Origin: Bugula neritina
Taxonomy: Eukaryota; Animalia; Bryozoa
NCBI GenBank assembly: GCA_964035545.1
Contig: OZ037767.1
Location: forward strand, 19,794,628-19,858,627
Reading direction: 5' to 3'
Length of the DNA stretch: 64,000 bases
Positions 16,213 through 28,444 of the stretch are shown here, piece after piece (within the stretch, counting starts at the first letter, position 1; each line of letters begins with the position of its first letter). The notes under the pieces were generated by a model that had not been told where the DNA came from, did no database searches, and saw only the letters and a list, made by a program, of their open reading frames with translations. A program made the translations under genes and the position numbers.

Positions 16213-17898
16213 GTTTGTATTACATTTAAAGTTATTTAAGAGTCCATGTGTTTCTAATATGTTATAAATTTAAGAATTCAGCATAACTTTCAAAACAGAC
16301 CAGGCATTGAGTAAAAATGCTTACTCATTCCCAGGCACCTCTGTCCATTACATTGATCCCTGGCCAAAGTGTATTGTATATATAAATCCCTAAAAGAGAA
16401 CTATTGTATGCTCGAATGCATAATATAATAAATGCTCCAATAAAAGACTTCCATGAACAAAATTGTGTGTTAATTCAGGTCAATATGTATGTCATGCTCC
16501 TAATTCTCACCTATTCTCACCGATCACCGCTTTGTCCTGTTCAGGTATCAGGTATGTCATGCTCCTAATCCTTGGTGTAAATTTCCTTCCCTTTCTCTAA
16601 ATTCATGTGGTATACATAGTCAATGCTGGCTAAAAGAATGGGCTGCCTACTGCAAGGGTTTATACAAGTTATAGGGTGAGTAACAGTTGGGGTTATTTTG
16701 TTAGCAATTAAACATCTAAAATGGCAAAAATGAAGACATTCTGTCTTTGTCCATTAAAATATAAACATATTACTTATTAAGGTAAAGCCATTTTTTTACC
16801 TGTAAGCTTTTTTGCACAATGTGCCCTGATACATGCATGAAAGTTGAACCCAGTGTCATTTTTCTACACCAGGCCTAACAGGGTTAACCCTGCATGTAGC
16901 ATATACGCTAACACATGACAGCATGAATTGTATAAAAACATATAATTATATAGAGAATATAAAGTATCTTGTAAATCCATAATTTACCAGTGTTTTAATG
17001 TTTTCCTATACTGAGAAAGTATTACTTCAACTAAATTTACATTCTTTAGTTATGTTGCTTATATGTTAAAAATGTTTTCATTCATAAGTTTTGTTGGCTC
17101 TATATGTAGTCTATAGATTATTAGAAGTAACTTTGCTACATTGCCTGATCCCTGGTCATGAAGTGAGTTATTCTAAAATCTAAATAGTCTGGACTGCTAA
17201 TTTAACTGATACCAGTGCCAGTCCGCTGGCTATAAACCTCCCCTCCTTATAAGCTGTGAGTTTGGCCCATCAAAACAGCCCTAAATAGATGTTTTTTAGG
17301 ATTTTATTTTACAAAGCTCTTAAGTTACTATATATCAACCGTTCAATGGTGTAACAGAAAGTGCATGTTGAATATGAATTGAAAGTTTTAACTGAGTTTT
17401 AAAATTATAACAGAAATTAATAGTAATTATAAACACAATACAAGCTAGATCATATCATAGCCAAGCTATTCTTCAGTTGCTTATATAACCATAAAAATTA
17501 TGTTATTTCTACTTTTATAGCAGTTTACACTGAAAATGCATTTTTCCCAACATATAAACTTCTATTTATATTTTTCAATTGGTATTCCTTTTATAACAAT
17601 ATAATTAGCATTTAGCAAGCTCTGACGTCAGTAATAATAGCGTTCAACGAATAAAATCATCTTATGAGCTATCCGAAAGTTAAAATATGCGTAGAAACCA
17701 TTAGGTCATTGCAATTCCTACAAGCAGCAAGTTTGTTATAAAATATAAAAGCCGTAAGAAACTGTAAGATACATAGAACTTATAATTTTGAAAAAAGAAG
17801 CGAGCAGATAAAAGCAAAATATTTTGTTAATGTTTAGCAACCTTTTGCGTCAGGTTTATAAGGATTTGCTAGTGACTTTGCCTGGTTGCTTAATTGTC

Positions 17899-18750
17899 TT
17901 AAGCAACAAACTTAGCACTCAGATGCGCTCCACCATCCAACAGAAGTTGAACTCCCGTGGTAAAACTTGACTCACTACTAGCCAGAAATGCTATAGACTT
18001 AGCTACTTCTTCTGAACGTCCTACTCTTTGGAGAGGGTATATAGCACTCGTTTTTTCAAGCATCTAAATTCACAACAATGCAAGGATATATAGCAGCACT
18101 TCACAAACATAAAGACTTTAATGATGCTAGATTCACAAAATTTCTATATAACACTATTTTTCATTAGAAGTTATAGATAGCTCAGAAGTTCTCAAGTTAC
18201 AGATGGTGGTTTTTAAAAATAGCATTATATTATTATAGTTACTGCTTGCAAAACCAGCTCATCAATTTTCATTATAATCATTTGCGATATACTCATTACT
18301 TTTTCTACAATTTCAGCTTGTTCCAGTAAATTATAATATTGCTACACCTATACAATAAAGGCCACCTTATGGTATTCGATTAGCTAGTCCAAACATTTGT
18401 TTTACATTTTTGTGAAAACAAACATAAAACTTTGCAGCTCCTAACAATTTGGAGTTGACTTTTTATTCAATGTTGTTTCTACCGTAGCCAATAACCAGTT
18501 CAACACATTGTATTATAACACGTCAAACCAGCACATTTACCTCTCTCTAGCTCGCCATTTACAAGTTATGAGTTGGATATAAGATGGGACATATAAGAAG
18601 ATAAAATGTTTATCTCTTACCTCTTCTACCTGATCTTTAGACCGACTTTCGTAAAAAATGTTGGTAACTATCACAGCTGGGCTAAAGAAAATAATTGTTA
18701 TACAGTAGTAAGTCATTCGTTTAAAAGCATATTATGAGTATATATGTATA

Positions 18751-18792
<42 letters not shown>

Positions 18793-20526
18793 AATGTGTT
18801 ATGATTTTAATAAACATGCAAAGCCTAGCCATTGCTATAACTACAATACATATAGCCTGCAGCTGTTTAATGAATTTTGAAAATTGATTTTAAAAACAGA
18901 AAAAATGTTGTGCCCCCCTCGCTCAAGCTAAAACTTGCAGACTGTCCCTCGATCTAAAAAGGTTGGACACCCTTGTAATTCTAGGTAATAACCTATTTTA
19001 GTACAATCCGTAAAGACTATACCAATAAGCTTATTGATTATGCACAGAATTTTGAAGCTGATTTGAATTTATTAAAAGCTTTAATGAGGTGGTTTGCATG
19101 CAATTTGTATAAACTAAAAAACTGCAAAATCCACGAAAACAATCATTTACAGAACTCATTTGTCGAAAGCAATGTATTCTCATATTGGCTTGAGAATAAC
19201 ATCAACTAAGACTTTGGTTTCAGTTTTGTTGGTTGGACTATAAATAGAAAGCAAAATATGAATTAAACCCTTACTTAACACTGTTTACCCTCACTTGTTT
19301 AGGGGCAAGATCCAAGGCTAGATTTTTTGTGAACTGATCCAAGGCTGCTTTTGATAGTGAGTATGCCATAGCGAATGGACCCTGCAATATTTAGCACAAC
19401 TCAATAACTGAGAAAGAAAGCCAGCATTTCATTGTAGCTATACTTTTACTCTAGATTGAATACACATAATAGTTGCTGATTTTGTAAATATTTTATAATA
19501 TAGACCACAGTTTAGATTAAACTATAATTATATAATTTATTGATATATTATATGATCTAGTTTTTACCTAATTTGTTATTTAGTTGTTACTATATATTAT
19601 AGTTATCATTTACATTCTCATATAATATTATAATTTATTATTCAAATTGAATTTACTATATACTATAATTGCATTTTAACTAAAAATTATATAAGTTTTA
19701 TTTAATTTACCATATTATATATATACTGTACATACTGTACAACTTATTATATGCTACAGTTATATACTCTAGTTTATTATACATCAAAGCTAGATTGAAA
19801 GTTAAAAAAGACAAAAAAATAAATCAAAATTATAGTTATAATTTTTAAAATAAAAGAATGCACATTTATTTTTTAAAACTTTAGATTGGAATGCCAAATG
19901 TAGAACAAATTTTTAAACAGAGATTTAAATTACTAATACTATACTGATTTTTTGTATAATTTCACTGTACTAATCTTATAAGAACAAACAAACATAACGC
20001 TTGGAAAATCTCTCCCATATTACGCTAACAATATTCACAAGTACGTATATATAATCTTAAGTGATAATGCCAAAAATCAAAACGTGACTGGTGTGAAAAT
20101 ATTCGTCTTTTACTGTTTAATTAAAACACTATATTTTGAAAATGTGTACTTACTGGAACCGTTCCAGCTATACTAGATACATTGACAATAGATCCTTCAC
20201 TCTCAATCAAATGAGGAACAGCCAGTTGTGTCAGTTGGAACACAGCTCTGATGTTAAGAGCCATTGTTGAATCAAATTGTTCCATAGTGGTACTAGTGAT
20301 ATCACCCAGACCTCCTTTACCAGCATTATTTACCTGAAATAAATAGTATGTATTCTTAGCTGTTCAGTGACTTCGAATATTTCATTTTACTTTAGCTAAT
20401 TGACTGCGAAAGCAAATGCAATTTTACATCGACTATAAATTCATTCTGTTTAATAGCTAGTTTATTTAACTTTACATATGATATTTTTTATTTAAACCTA
20501 TTTGCTTTCACTTTGTTTAAACCTTA

Positions 20527-20595
<69 letters not shown>

Positions 20596-21720
20596 TTGAT
20601 ATAAAATCATAAGTTTAGTTCGCAATCATGAAGTTTAGAAATTGTGGGCTACATATTACCATTAAATCTTTGCTGTTGGGCTTAGCAACAAAATGTTTAA
20701 TGAGTTTATCTACTCTTCTAGTTTTACCAAGGATCAAAAAAATTATTTATAGCCTACAGGTCATCACAGCTAAAAATTTGTCCACTTAAATTTGTACAAC
20801 TTATTATTATCTCTCATTTTGAAAGAACTTAAATCGAAAAAAAACCTGCAATAGTACCAAAATAATAATTGCATCAATTTTTTTGAAATAGCACAATTTC
20901 TTACCAGCATATTCGACAAAACATTAGCTATCAACACCTAAAGAAAGTTCTAAATCGATACTATATTATGCATGTTCTAATTGATGAGCTCTAAAATGAC
21001 TTACCAACACATCCAGCTGTTTGTAGTGTTCTATTGTCTTCTCAATAATTCTCACCACATCAGATTCAATGGTAAGATCTCCAACTATAGTGATGACATC
21101 ACCAGCTCCTTCACACTGACTCACAGTCTCCTATAAAGAGTTGAAAATGTAAGAATTGGAAATCAATTTGATAGTTTTGATAGCAGTGAGGCTATATATA
21201 ACTTACCTGAAGATTGACTTCATTCCTACCACAGAGTGCCAGTCTAGATCCAAGAGATGCGAAGTGGATGGCAGTAGCTCTTCCAATACCAGAACTAGCT
21301 CCTACATACAACATACTCATCAAATAATTTAAAGTCCAACTTATATAGCATACAAGCAGCTCAACCTCGATACAATTTTAGTATAGACTCTGTAATGTAA
21401 TTTAATGACTTTTACACTAGCCTAAACACTGTTCTATTAGGATCTTTTTTGCTATTACTTTCACTATGCTCTTATGATCCCGGAATAAAACCACAATCAT
21501 AGGTTAATGCAAACCAAATCCATCCTTATATGAGTATTTAGGGATCCATTCGAATCATGGGACAGCAGTGATTGTTACTGTTAGATTTCATCTATAGGAG
21601 TATTAGTAAAACTCTTAATTTGGAGCAAAAGTAGGCACAAGGTACAATGTTAAAGTATAGCTCTATCTTACCTGTAATAAGCACAACTTTATCCTTTAAC
21701 TGTGAAGCACACGCGGCCAT
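17899..21720 (-). CDS. SDR paralog C, 260 aa (exons 21720-21672, 21301-21207, 21130-21005, 20333-20154, 19381-19275, 18681-18621, 18063-17899)
   Basis: [30 protein letters not shown]. Introns and flanks align with gene B (tandem duplicate). Confidence 0.93.
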
Positions 21721-21893
21721 TTTATCATTAAATGGCACTGATTCTTGTTTTATCAACTTAACTACCACTTCAACTAAGTCAAATATTTAACTTGTCTGCA
21801 GCTACTAGAGTATAATCATCTGTGGTCAATGAAATATGCAGCTGTGTCAGAAGTCCAAAGTAAATGTTTTCCACATTCATTTGATGTGTTATC

Positions 21894-22090
21894 TGTTTTA
21901 TTCTTTAGATGTCTATTTATCTAGCAATTATTAGTGGATTAGTTTTAATCTTCAGTTTATTTTAATCAAGCACTGCAGTTTGTCAAACAGGAAGTGACTA
22001 TCTTTTTCAAAAACAGAATAATAATTGATCAGCTAAAACATCAAGAAAAGGTAACTCCAAGTTTACATAAACTGTGTAAATATTACAACA
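21894..22090 (-). repeat. 3' LTR of Gypsy #2
   Basis: TGTT...AACA termini, matches 26047-26243, adjacent to the PPT. Confidence 0.95.
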
Positions 22091-22198
22091 TCCCCTCTTT
22101 AGTTTCAGGCTACAACAAAAAAAAAAACACACAAAAGAAACGGTTTGACAACAGTAATTAAATCAAGTGCAACTTATACTACAGGCGTGGATAATAAA

Positions 22199-22756
22199 TT
22201 ATGTACAATCAAAATATGTTAAGTAGCGTGGCACTTTTCTGGTTCGCTCAGAACATCGTGTTGGGATATTAGTTATATCAGCTCTGTTACGTATTAAAGG
22301 TCCAGTGTCAGTCATGACATTTGTTCGACGAGTAATATTATCTGAAGAAGAGGCAGCATAGCCTTCTCTTTGCATATCTCTCACCATCACATTGTCTCCT
22401 TTATTTACTGGCAAAAGAGGGCGCACTTTAGGATTTTTGTCATGATTTTCTTTCATTTTCTCTTTATACTGGTCGTTGCTCCTTTTGAATAAGTCATGGT
22501 CAGGGAGTTCAGGTTTAAGCTTATCCGGATGGATGGGTACAGTGGATCTCAATTTTCTACCCATTAACAATTCTGCTGGAGAGTATGAGCTAAACTGCGG
22601 TGAGGATCTATAGGCTAATAAAGCCAAATATGGATCTTTCTCTTTTGCAAGCATGCTTTTGATGGTCCTTACCCCTCGCTCAGCTGCTCCATTCGCTCTG
22701 TGATAATGTGGACTGCTAGTCACATGGGTAAATCCATACTCGACAGAAAAATGTTT
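22199..22756 (-). pseudogene. Integrase C-terminal part of Gypsy #2 in a shifted frame
   Basis: KHFSVEYGFTHVTSSPHYHRANGAAER (catalytic E)...YSPAELLMGR...RTRKVPRYL. It joins the upstream ORF if 2 nt are restored at GAG T[TT] AAA (about 22757). Confidence 0.88.
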
Positions 22757-25700
22757 ACTCTGCACTTGCATATTGTGGTCCGTTATCTGACAATAGTATT
22801 TCAGGTATGCCATGTCGTGAAAAAATAGATTTTAGGTGTGTTATTACTTTACTTGAAGAAAAGTCAGAGTTTCCCAGCAAGGCAAGTTCAGGATACCTTG
22901 AATAATTATCAATAACCAGAAGATATACTTGGCCTTTATAAGTCAACAAATCAGTGCTAAGGTGTTGCCAAGGTCTATCTGGAGTTGCAGAAGGACGTAA
23001 TGGCTCTGTAATTTTAGCTGCATGGATTTTGCATTCAGCACAATTGCTGATCATAGCCTCAATAGCCTTTGACATAGAAGGCCACCACACGCTTTCTCTA
23101 GCCCGTGCTTGACATTTTGTAATGCCCAAGTGTCCTCTATGTAAATCTTGCAACACCTGTTCTATTTGAGCTAACGGTATTACCAAACGATTGCCAAGTG
23201 TCAAGAATCCTTTGTTTATTGTTAAAAGAGATCTTCTTTCAAAATAGGGCTTCAGAAGGACATCTTCAGTGGACAAATACCCTGGCCATCCATTTTCTAT
23301 TAATTTGATTACTTTTGACAGTATTTCATCTTCATGCTGTTCTAAACGAAGCTGCTCCAACCTGCTATCAGATCCATGTTGGTAGATGTTATCAATATAA
23401 AGTTCAATTTCCATTTCTCTTGCTGCATCAATCTCATTCGCTTCAGCAGTGTTATACCTGGAGAGAGCATCAGCTGCAACATTCTTAGACCCCCTCACAT
23501 GTCTGATAGTATACTGAAATCTTTGAAGTCTAAGTTTAAACCCTTGAATTATTGGTGGAAGCCTGTCTAGAAAAATATTCCCAAACAGAGTAACTAGTGG
23601 ACGGTGATCAGTTTCAATAACCACATTCTTCATACCTAGTATATATGGAGAAAACTTTTCCATAGCCCAACAGACTGCTAAAGTTTCTTTTTCTATGGCT
23701 GCATAACGCTTTTCGGTCTCTGTTAAAGATCGACTTGCAGCAGATATCAAGCGCCGAGAGCCATCCTGTTGAATTTGACAGAGTGTTGCTCCTAGACCTG
23801 CATTGCTAGCATCTGTTGTGACTATGGTGTCTTTGTCTACATCATAGACTGCTAAAACTGGTGCATTTTGAAATATTTCTTTTATCCTCTTGAAGGAGTT
23901 TTCTTGTTTGCTGGACCAGTGCCATGGAACATCTTTCTTCAACAGCATTCTAATTGGTTCACTCACAGCAGCTAATTCTTCGGAAAACTTAGCATACTGG
24001 TTGGCCATTCCAAGAAAACTTTGTACTGAAGTTACATTTTTCGGAGTAGGAAAATCTACTATTCCTTGAACTCGAGGGCCAACATGTATACCAGACTGAT
24101 CTATGAGATAACCAAGAAAATGAACAGATGGTACTCCAAATTTACATTTGTCTTTATTGAGCGTAATGCCTGAAGCTTTAAGTTTTTCCAACACTATTTG
24201 CAATCTTGTGTCATGTTGCTCCTTGCTCTCACCAAAAACCAGTATGTCATCCATATGTATAACCACACCATCAACATCCTTCAAAATATTGTTCATTTCA
24301 GCAACAAAAATCTCTGGAGCACTGCATAGGCCTTGAGGCAGTCGCAAATAGCGATATCGTCCAGAATGAGTCAGAAATGTTGTTAGTTTGCTAGATTCTT
24401 TGCTTAAAGGAATTTGCCAAAATCCACTGTTTGCATCAATCTTGGAAAAAATTTGTCCTTGTCCTAATTGAGCTAAGCTGCTATCTACTGTTGCCATGGG
24501 ATGGAACTCTCTCAAAATATGCTTGTTTAACTCAGTATAATCTGTGCAAATTCTCACCTTGTTTTGGCCAGGTTTAGGAACTACTACCATAGGTGCCACC
24601 CATGGAGTAGGTTCATCAACTTTAACAATTACTCCATCCTCAATCATTTTCATCAATGCTTCATCTGCTAACTTTCTTCTAGGAAAAGGTATGGGTCTGG
24701 GAACGTGGATAGCAAATGGTTTGGCATCTCCTTTCAACGTAATGACATGCTCTGTATTTACTTTCCCCAATCCTTGGAACAGCTTCTCATCAACACACAC
24801 ATTCTCTATTTGGCATTGAGATGAATCCACAGAGATGAGGTTTAATTTCTCACATGCACTACGGCTAAGCAATGGTGTAGTTTGATCTTGAATAACATAA
24901 AGGTCTTCATTTATGCACTCATTCTTTGATGTTATCTGGCACTTTATCGTTCCTAAACATGTCAAAAGTGTGTGCCCTGGGCCGTACAACTTTTTGCTAG
25001 TTAAGATTAGCTCCCCAGAGACATGATGTGGACCACATACACTAAGAGACGCACCTGTATCTAATTTAAATTTGATCCTTTGTCCTTTATGTTTGTTGGT
25101 GCTTACGCTGAGATTGGTGTACCAGGATTGAGAATCTATGGAGTTAATGTGATGTGTCTCTCCTAAATAAAAATCTGTGTCACCATTTTCTGGCTGTACT
25201 TCATTGACTTTATTCAAATTCCTACACACTCTGGCCCAGTGGTTGTATTGATTGCATTTCGCACATTTAGTTCCATAAGCTGGACATCTCTGACTTTTGT
25301 AATGGCTTTTCCCACATTGCTCACATCGGTTCTTAGAATGTTTATCATAAGTAACCTCAGAAGGAATTCTTGACTTCCTATTATCAACATTTTGTACTGC
25401 ATTGACTTCCTCGGGCTTGGGGTCTGGTAGCGTTATCGCTTTAGGCCTTGTAGATTTCTCAGCTACTCTCAGTGACTTAATCACAAAGTCTAAACTTAGT
25501 TTTTCATCAACCTCTTTCATTAATTTTTCTCTTTCATTAGAATCATCAATTCCAAAAAGCAGTTTATCTCTTATCAATGAATCTCTTTGATTGCCAAATT
25601 CACAGCCTTCTGCCAGCCTTCGCAATTTCATTAAGTATACATCTATTGCATCTCCACTTTGGCTACTGTTGTGAAATTGAAATCTATTCAGCACAATACT

Positions 25701-26012
25701 AGTGCGAGGATTACAGTACTCATGAAAACGCTTAATTACATCTTCTAGCTTTCTCCCAGCAACCCCTTCCTCAATTTCAGTAATTTCTCCACTAACCTCT
25801 AGATTAAATTCCATTTGAGAATAAATTTCACGTACATCTTCACCACCACAATGTCTGAATAAGGCTAATTTCCTTTTTTCTGCGGCTCTTGAGTTAGCAG
25901 TTAGGTCTATTGTTAGCAAATAATCCTCAAATGACCTAATCCAACGCCGCCATTCTCCTGACAAATCTTCTGCCCTTAAATTCAATTGTCCAGGTGGTGA
26001 AATGCCTTCCAT
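22755..26012 (-). CDS. gag-pol: Gag-Pol polyprotein of Gypsy #2 (Gag, two zinc knuckles, protease, RT, RNase H, N-terminal part of integrase), truncated by a frameshift
   Basis: CEQCGKSH...C and CAKCNQYNHWARVC knuckles; KLDTGA; HMDD; TDAS; integrase HRGH...CAEC, STDLL, SDNGPQY. Confidence 0.93.
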   Translation of the reverse strand: MEGISPPGQLNLRAEDLSGEWRRWIRSFEDYLLTIDLTANSRAAEKRKLALFRHCGGEDVREIYSQMEFNLEVSGEITEIEEGVAGRKLEDVIKRFHEYCNPRTSIVLNRFQFHNSSQSGDAIDVYLMKLRRLAEGCEFGNQRDSLIRDKLLFGIDDSNEREKLMKEVDEKLSLDFVIKSLRVAEKSTRPKAITLPDPKPEEVNAVQNVDNRKSRIPSEVTYDKHSKNRCEQCGKSHYKSQRCPAYGTKCAKCNQYNHWARVCRNLNKVNEVQPENGDTDFYLGETHHINSIDSQSWYTNLSVSTNKHKGQRIKFKLDTGASLSVCGPHHVSGELILTSKKLYGPGHTLLTCLGTIKCQITSKNECINEDLYVIQDQTTPLLSRSACEKLNLISVDSSQCQIENVCVDEKLFQGLGKVNTEHVITLKGDAKPFAIHVPRPIPFPRRKLADEALMKMIEDGVIVKVDEPTPWVAPMVVVPKPGQNKVRICTDYTELNKHILREFHPMATVDSSLAQLGQGQIFSKIDANSGFWQIPLSKESSKLTTFLTHSGRYRYLRLPQGLCSAPEIFVAEMNNILKDVDGVVIHMDDILVFGESKEQHDTRLQIVLEKLKASGITLNKDKCKFGVPSVHFLGYLIDQSGIHVGPRVQGIVDFPTPKNVTSVQSFLGMANQYAKFSEELAAVSEPIRMLLKKDVPWHWSSKQENSFKRIKEIFQNAPVLAVYDVDKDTIVTTDASNAGLGATLCQIQQDGSRRLISAASRSLTETEKRYAAIEKETLAVCWAMEKFSPYILGMKNVVIETDHRPLVTLFGNIFLDRLPPIIQGFKLRLQRFQYTIRHVRGSKNVAADALSRYNTAEANEIDAAREMEIELYIDNIYQHGSDSRLEQLRLEQHEDEILSKVIKLIENGWPGYLSTEDVLLKPYFERRSLLTINKGFLTLGNRLVIPLAQIEQVLQDLHRGHLGITKCQARARESVWWPSMSKAIEAMISNCAECKIHAAKITEPLRPSATPDRPWQHLSTDLLTYKGQVYLLVIDNYSRYPELALLGNSDFSSSKVITHLKSIFSRHGIPEILLSDNGPQYASAE

Positions 26013-26046
26013 CTTTTAAACTAACCATTAAATTACGCTGCCACCA

Positions 26047-26243
26047 TGTTTTATTCTTTAGATGTCTATTTATCTAGCAATTATTAGTGGATTAGTTTTA
26101 ATCTTCAGTTTATTTTAATCAAGCACTGCAGTTTGTCAAACAGGAAGTGACTATCTTTTTCAAAAACAGAATAATAATTGATCAGCTAAAACATCAAGAA
26201 AAGGTAACTCCAAGTTTACATAAACTGTGTAAATATTACAACA
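26047..26243 (-). repeat. 5' LTR of Gypsy #2
   Basis: Matches 21894-22090, adjacent to the PBS. Confidence 0.95.
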
Positions 26244-26449
26244 TTATCAATGACTAATGCAATCATAGCTTTTATTTCCACATGTAGTAATATAATAGCA
26301 TTATAATTATAATGGTATTTCATCTGAAGCTATAGTCATGCTGGCAAGATGATCTCATTAGTCTGCTCAATTGACCACAATTGTCTAACTTATTTGATAG
26401 GGGGCCAAATCTTAGCAATCAGCACAGCAACTACACTGTATATTATTAT

Positions 26450-27295
26450 ATTTTATCTATGTAGCCGTATATTATTATATATGCTCACCTATGTAACTCT
26501 ATATTACTATATGCTCATATATGCATCTCTATATTACTATATGCTCATCTATGTAGCTGTATATTACTCTATGCTCATCTATGTAGCTGTATATTACTAT
26601 ATGCTCATCTATGTAGCTGTATATCATTATATGCTCATCTATAAACTCACTCACTCACGCAAGTTTATAGTAGCTATCTCTGTGAGAACCCCTGATGAAA
26701 AAAGGGTTTTTGTTAGAACAGGTTAAGGACTTATTCAGATGAGGCACAGGAGCAATTATGACTGGATGCTCTTCCTAGCATCACCCATGACTTTTGTCAG
26801 GATTTGAACTCATGACTTCGTGTTCACAAAGCAAATGCTCTAACCCCTAAACCACAGCTGCTCCCTATATACGCTCATCTATGCAGTTGTATATTACTAT
26901 ATGCCCATTTATGTAGCTGTATACTATTATATGCTTATCTAATGTATGTAGCCGTATATTACTATATATGCTCATCTATGTAGCTGTATACTATTATATG
27001 CTTATCTAATGTATGTAGCAGTATATTACTATATATGCTCATCTATGTAGCTGTATATTACTATATGCTCATCTATGTAGCTGTATATTACTATATGCTC
27101 ATCTATGTAGCTGTATATTACTATATATGCTCATCTATGCAGTTGTATATTACTATATGCTCATCTATGTAGCTGTATATTACTATATATGCTCATCTAT
27201 GCAGTTGTATATTACTATATATGCTCATCTATGTAGCTGTATATTACTATATGCTCATCTATGTAGCTGTATGTTATTATATATGCTCATCTACT
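26450..27295 (+). repeat. Expanded 30-bp minisatellite interrupted by a SINE
   Basis: About 20 tandem units of the ATGCTCATCTATGTAGCTGTATATTACTAT family. Confidence 0.9.
26644..26865 (-). mobile_element. tRNA-derived SINE
   Basis: Minus strand: A-box-like TGGTTTAGGGG, B-box GAGTTCAAATCC, core GGTGATGCTAGGAAGAGCATCCAGTC, (GAGT)n-like tail. Four more copies occur in the window. Confidence 0.8.
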
Positions 27296-28444
27296 TTGTA
27301 TTGCATTTAAAGTTATTCAATGGTCCATACGGATTTTATCTGTAAATCCAAAATTTCTGAGCATATTTCAAAACAGACCAGGCAATGAGTAAAAATGCTT
27401 ACTCATTTCCAGACACCTCTGTTCATTATTTTGATTCCTAGCCAAAAGTGTATTGTATATAATTATACTCATGATGTTACTTACAATTAATGCTTATAAA
27501 ATTTGCAAATTTTATTTCTAGCCAAAATATTTTATTTAACTTCGATGGAAAGACTTGTTTATCAGGCGCTTGACAAGTGGAAGCAACCCTTTCATTTGTA
27601 GCATCTCACCATGCAACTAGTCTAGCTGAATAAATTGATACTCAAGGCATGATTGAGCAATATCAACAATTTGTATCACGCAAGAAGTGAAATGTATCAA
27701 CTAAAGCTTGATATATATATAAACGAATAGTTAACAGAAACAGTTTTATGCTATCAATAATGGCGTTTGAAACTTCACTTTACAATCAGAACTGAGAGGC
27801 ACAACTGTGTGTAACAATGTTAAAACTGTTAAATATACTTTAAATTAATAGGAACCTTTCGTTATTATTAAGTAAACATGAAATGAAAGATGCTAAAATA
27901 CAGTTTCTTTATAAAATGATCTGTAAATAGAACATCTTTTATGTAACTTATAGCAAAGAAATCTGCATATATTGAATTATAAAAACTTTCTGTATTCTTG
28001 TTGAATATAATGATGACATCATGTGTAACACATCATAGCCTATCTGAACTATAATATTATCCTAGTGCAGAATCTGCTGGCAATTTTTCTACACTGCAGT
28101 CCATGAGCCTAGTATTGCAGCTTCAAAGCCTGTCAAACCAAATCTTTGTTAACCAGTGGCCTTCAGTGAAGATAAGATAATGTAACACACTACTGGGCCA
28201 CTGATAAAACTTAATGTGGAATTATTCAATCAATATTGCTGTGATCGTATATATATATCACTGTATATAGAAATAAACATAGCCCCTGTAGTATATATCG
28301 GTGTCATGTACCACATCATTGAATGCCTGCAGGTGATGATAACAATAATTTATTTATAGAAGAATTCCTAGACCAGTTTATTTGACCAATGCTGTGTTTT
28401 AGTACTGTAGTCTCACAGTCACTCAAATTGATTCTTTGATAATC

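Larger units (their letters stand above)
21894..26243 (-). mobile_element. Full-length Ty3/Gypsy LTR retrotransposon #2 (Mag-like organisation), 4350 bp
   Basis: Two 197-bp LTRs that read as identical; 5-bp TSD TTATC (21889-21893 and 26244-26248); PBS TGGTGGCAGCG (tRNA-Leu, 26046-26036); PPT AAAGAGGGGA (22100-22091); fused gag-pol. Confidence 0.97.

Noticed and set aside
26450-27295. 30-bp periodic array as a CRISPR or coding repeat (ORFs 26349-26726, 27127-27345)
   Set aside because: Head-to-tail minisatellite with no unique spacers; indels break the frame.
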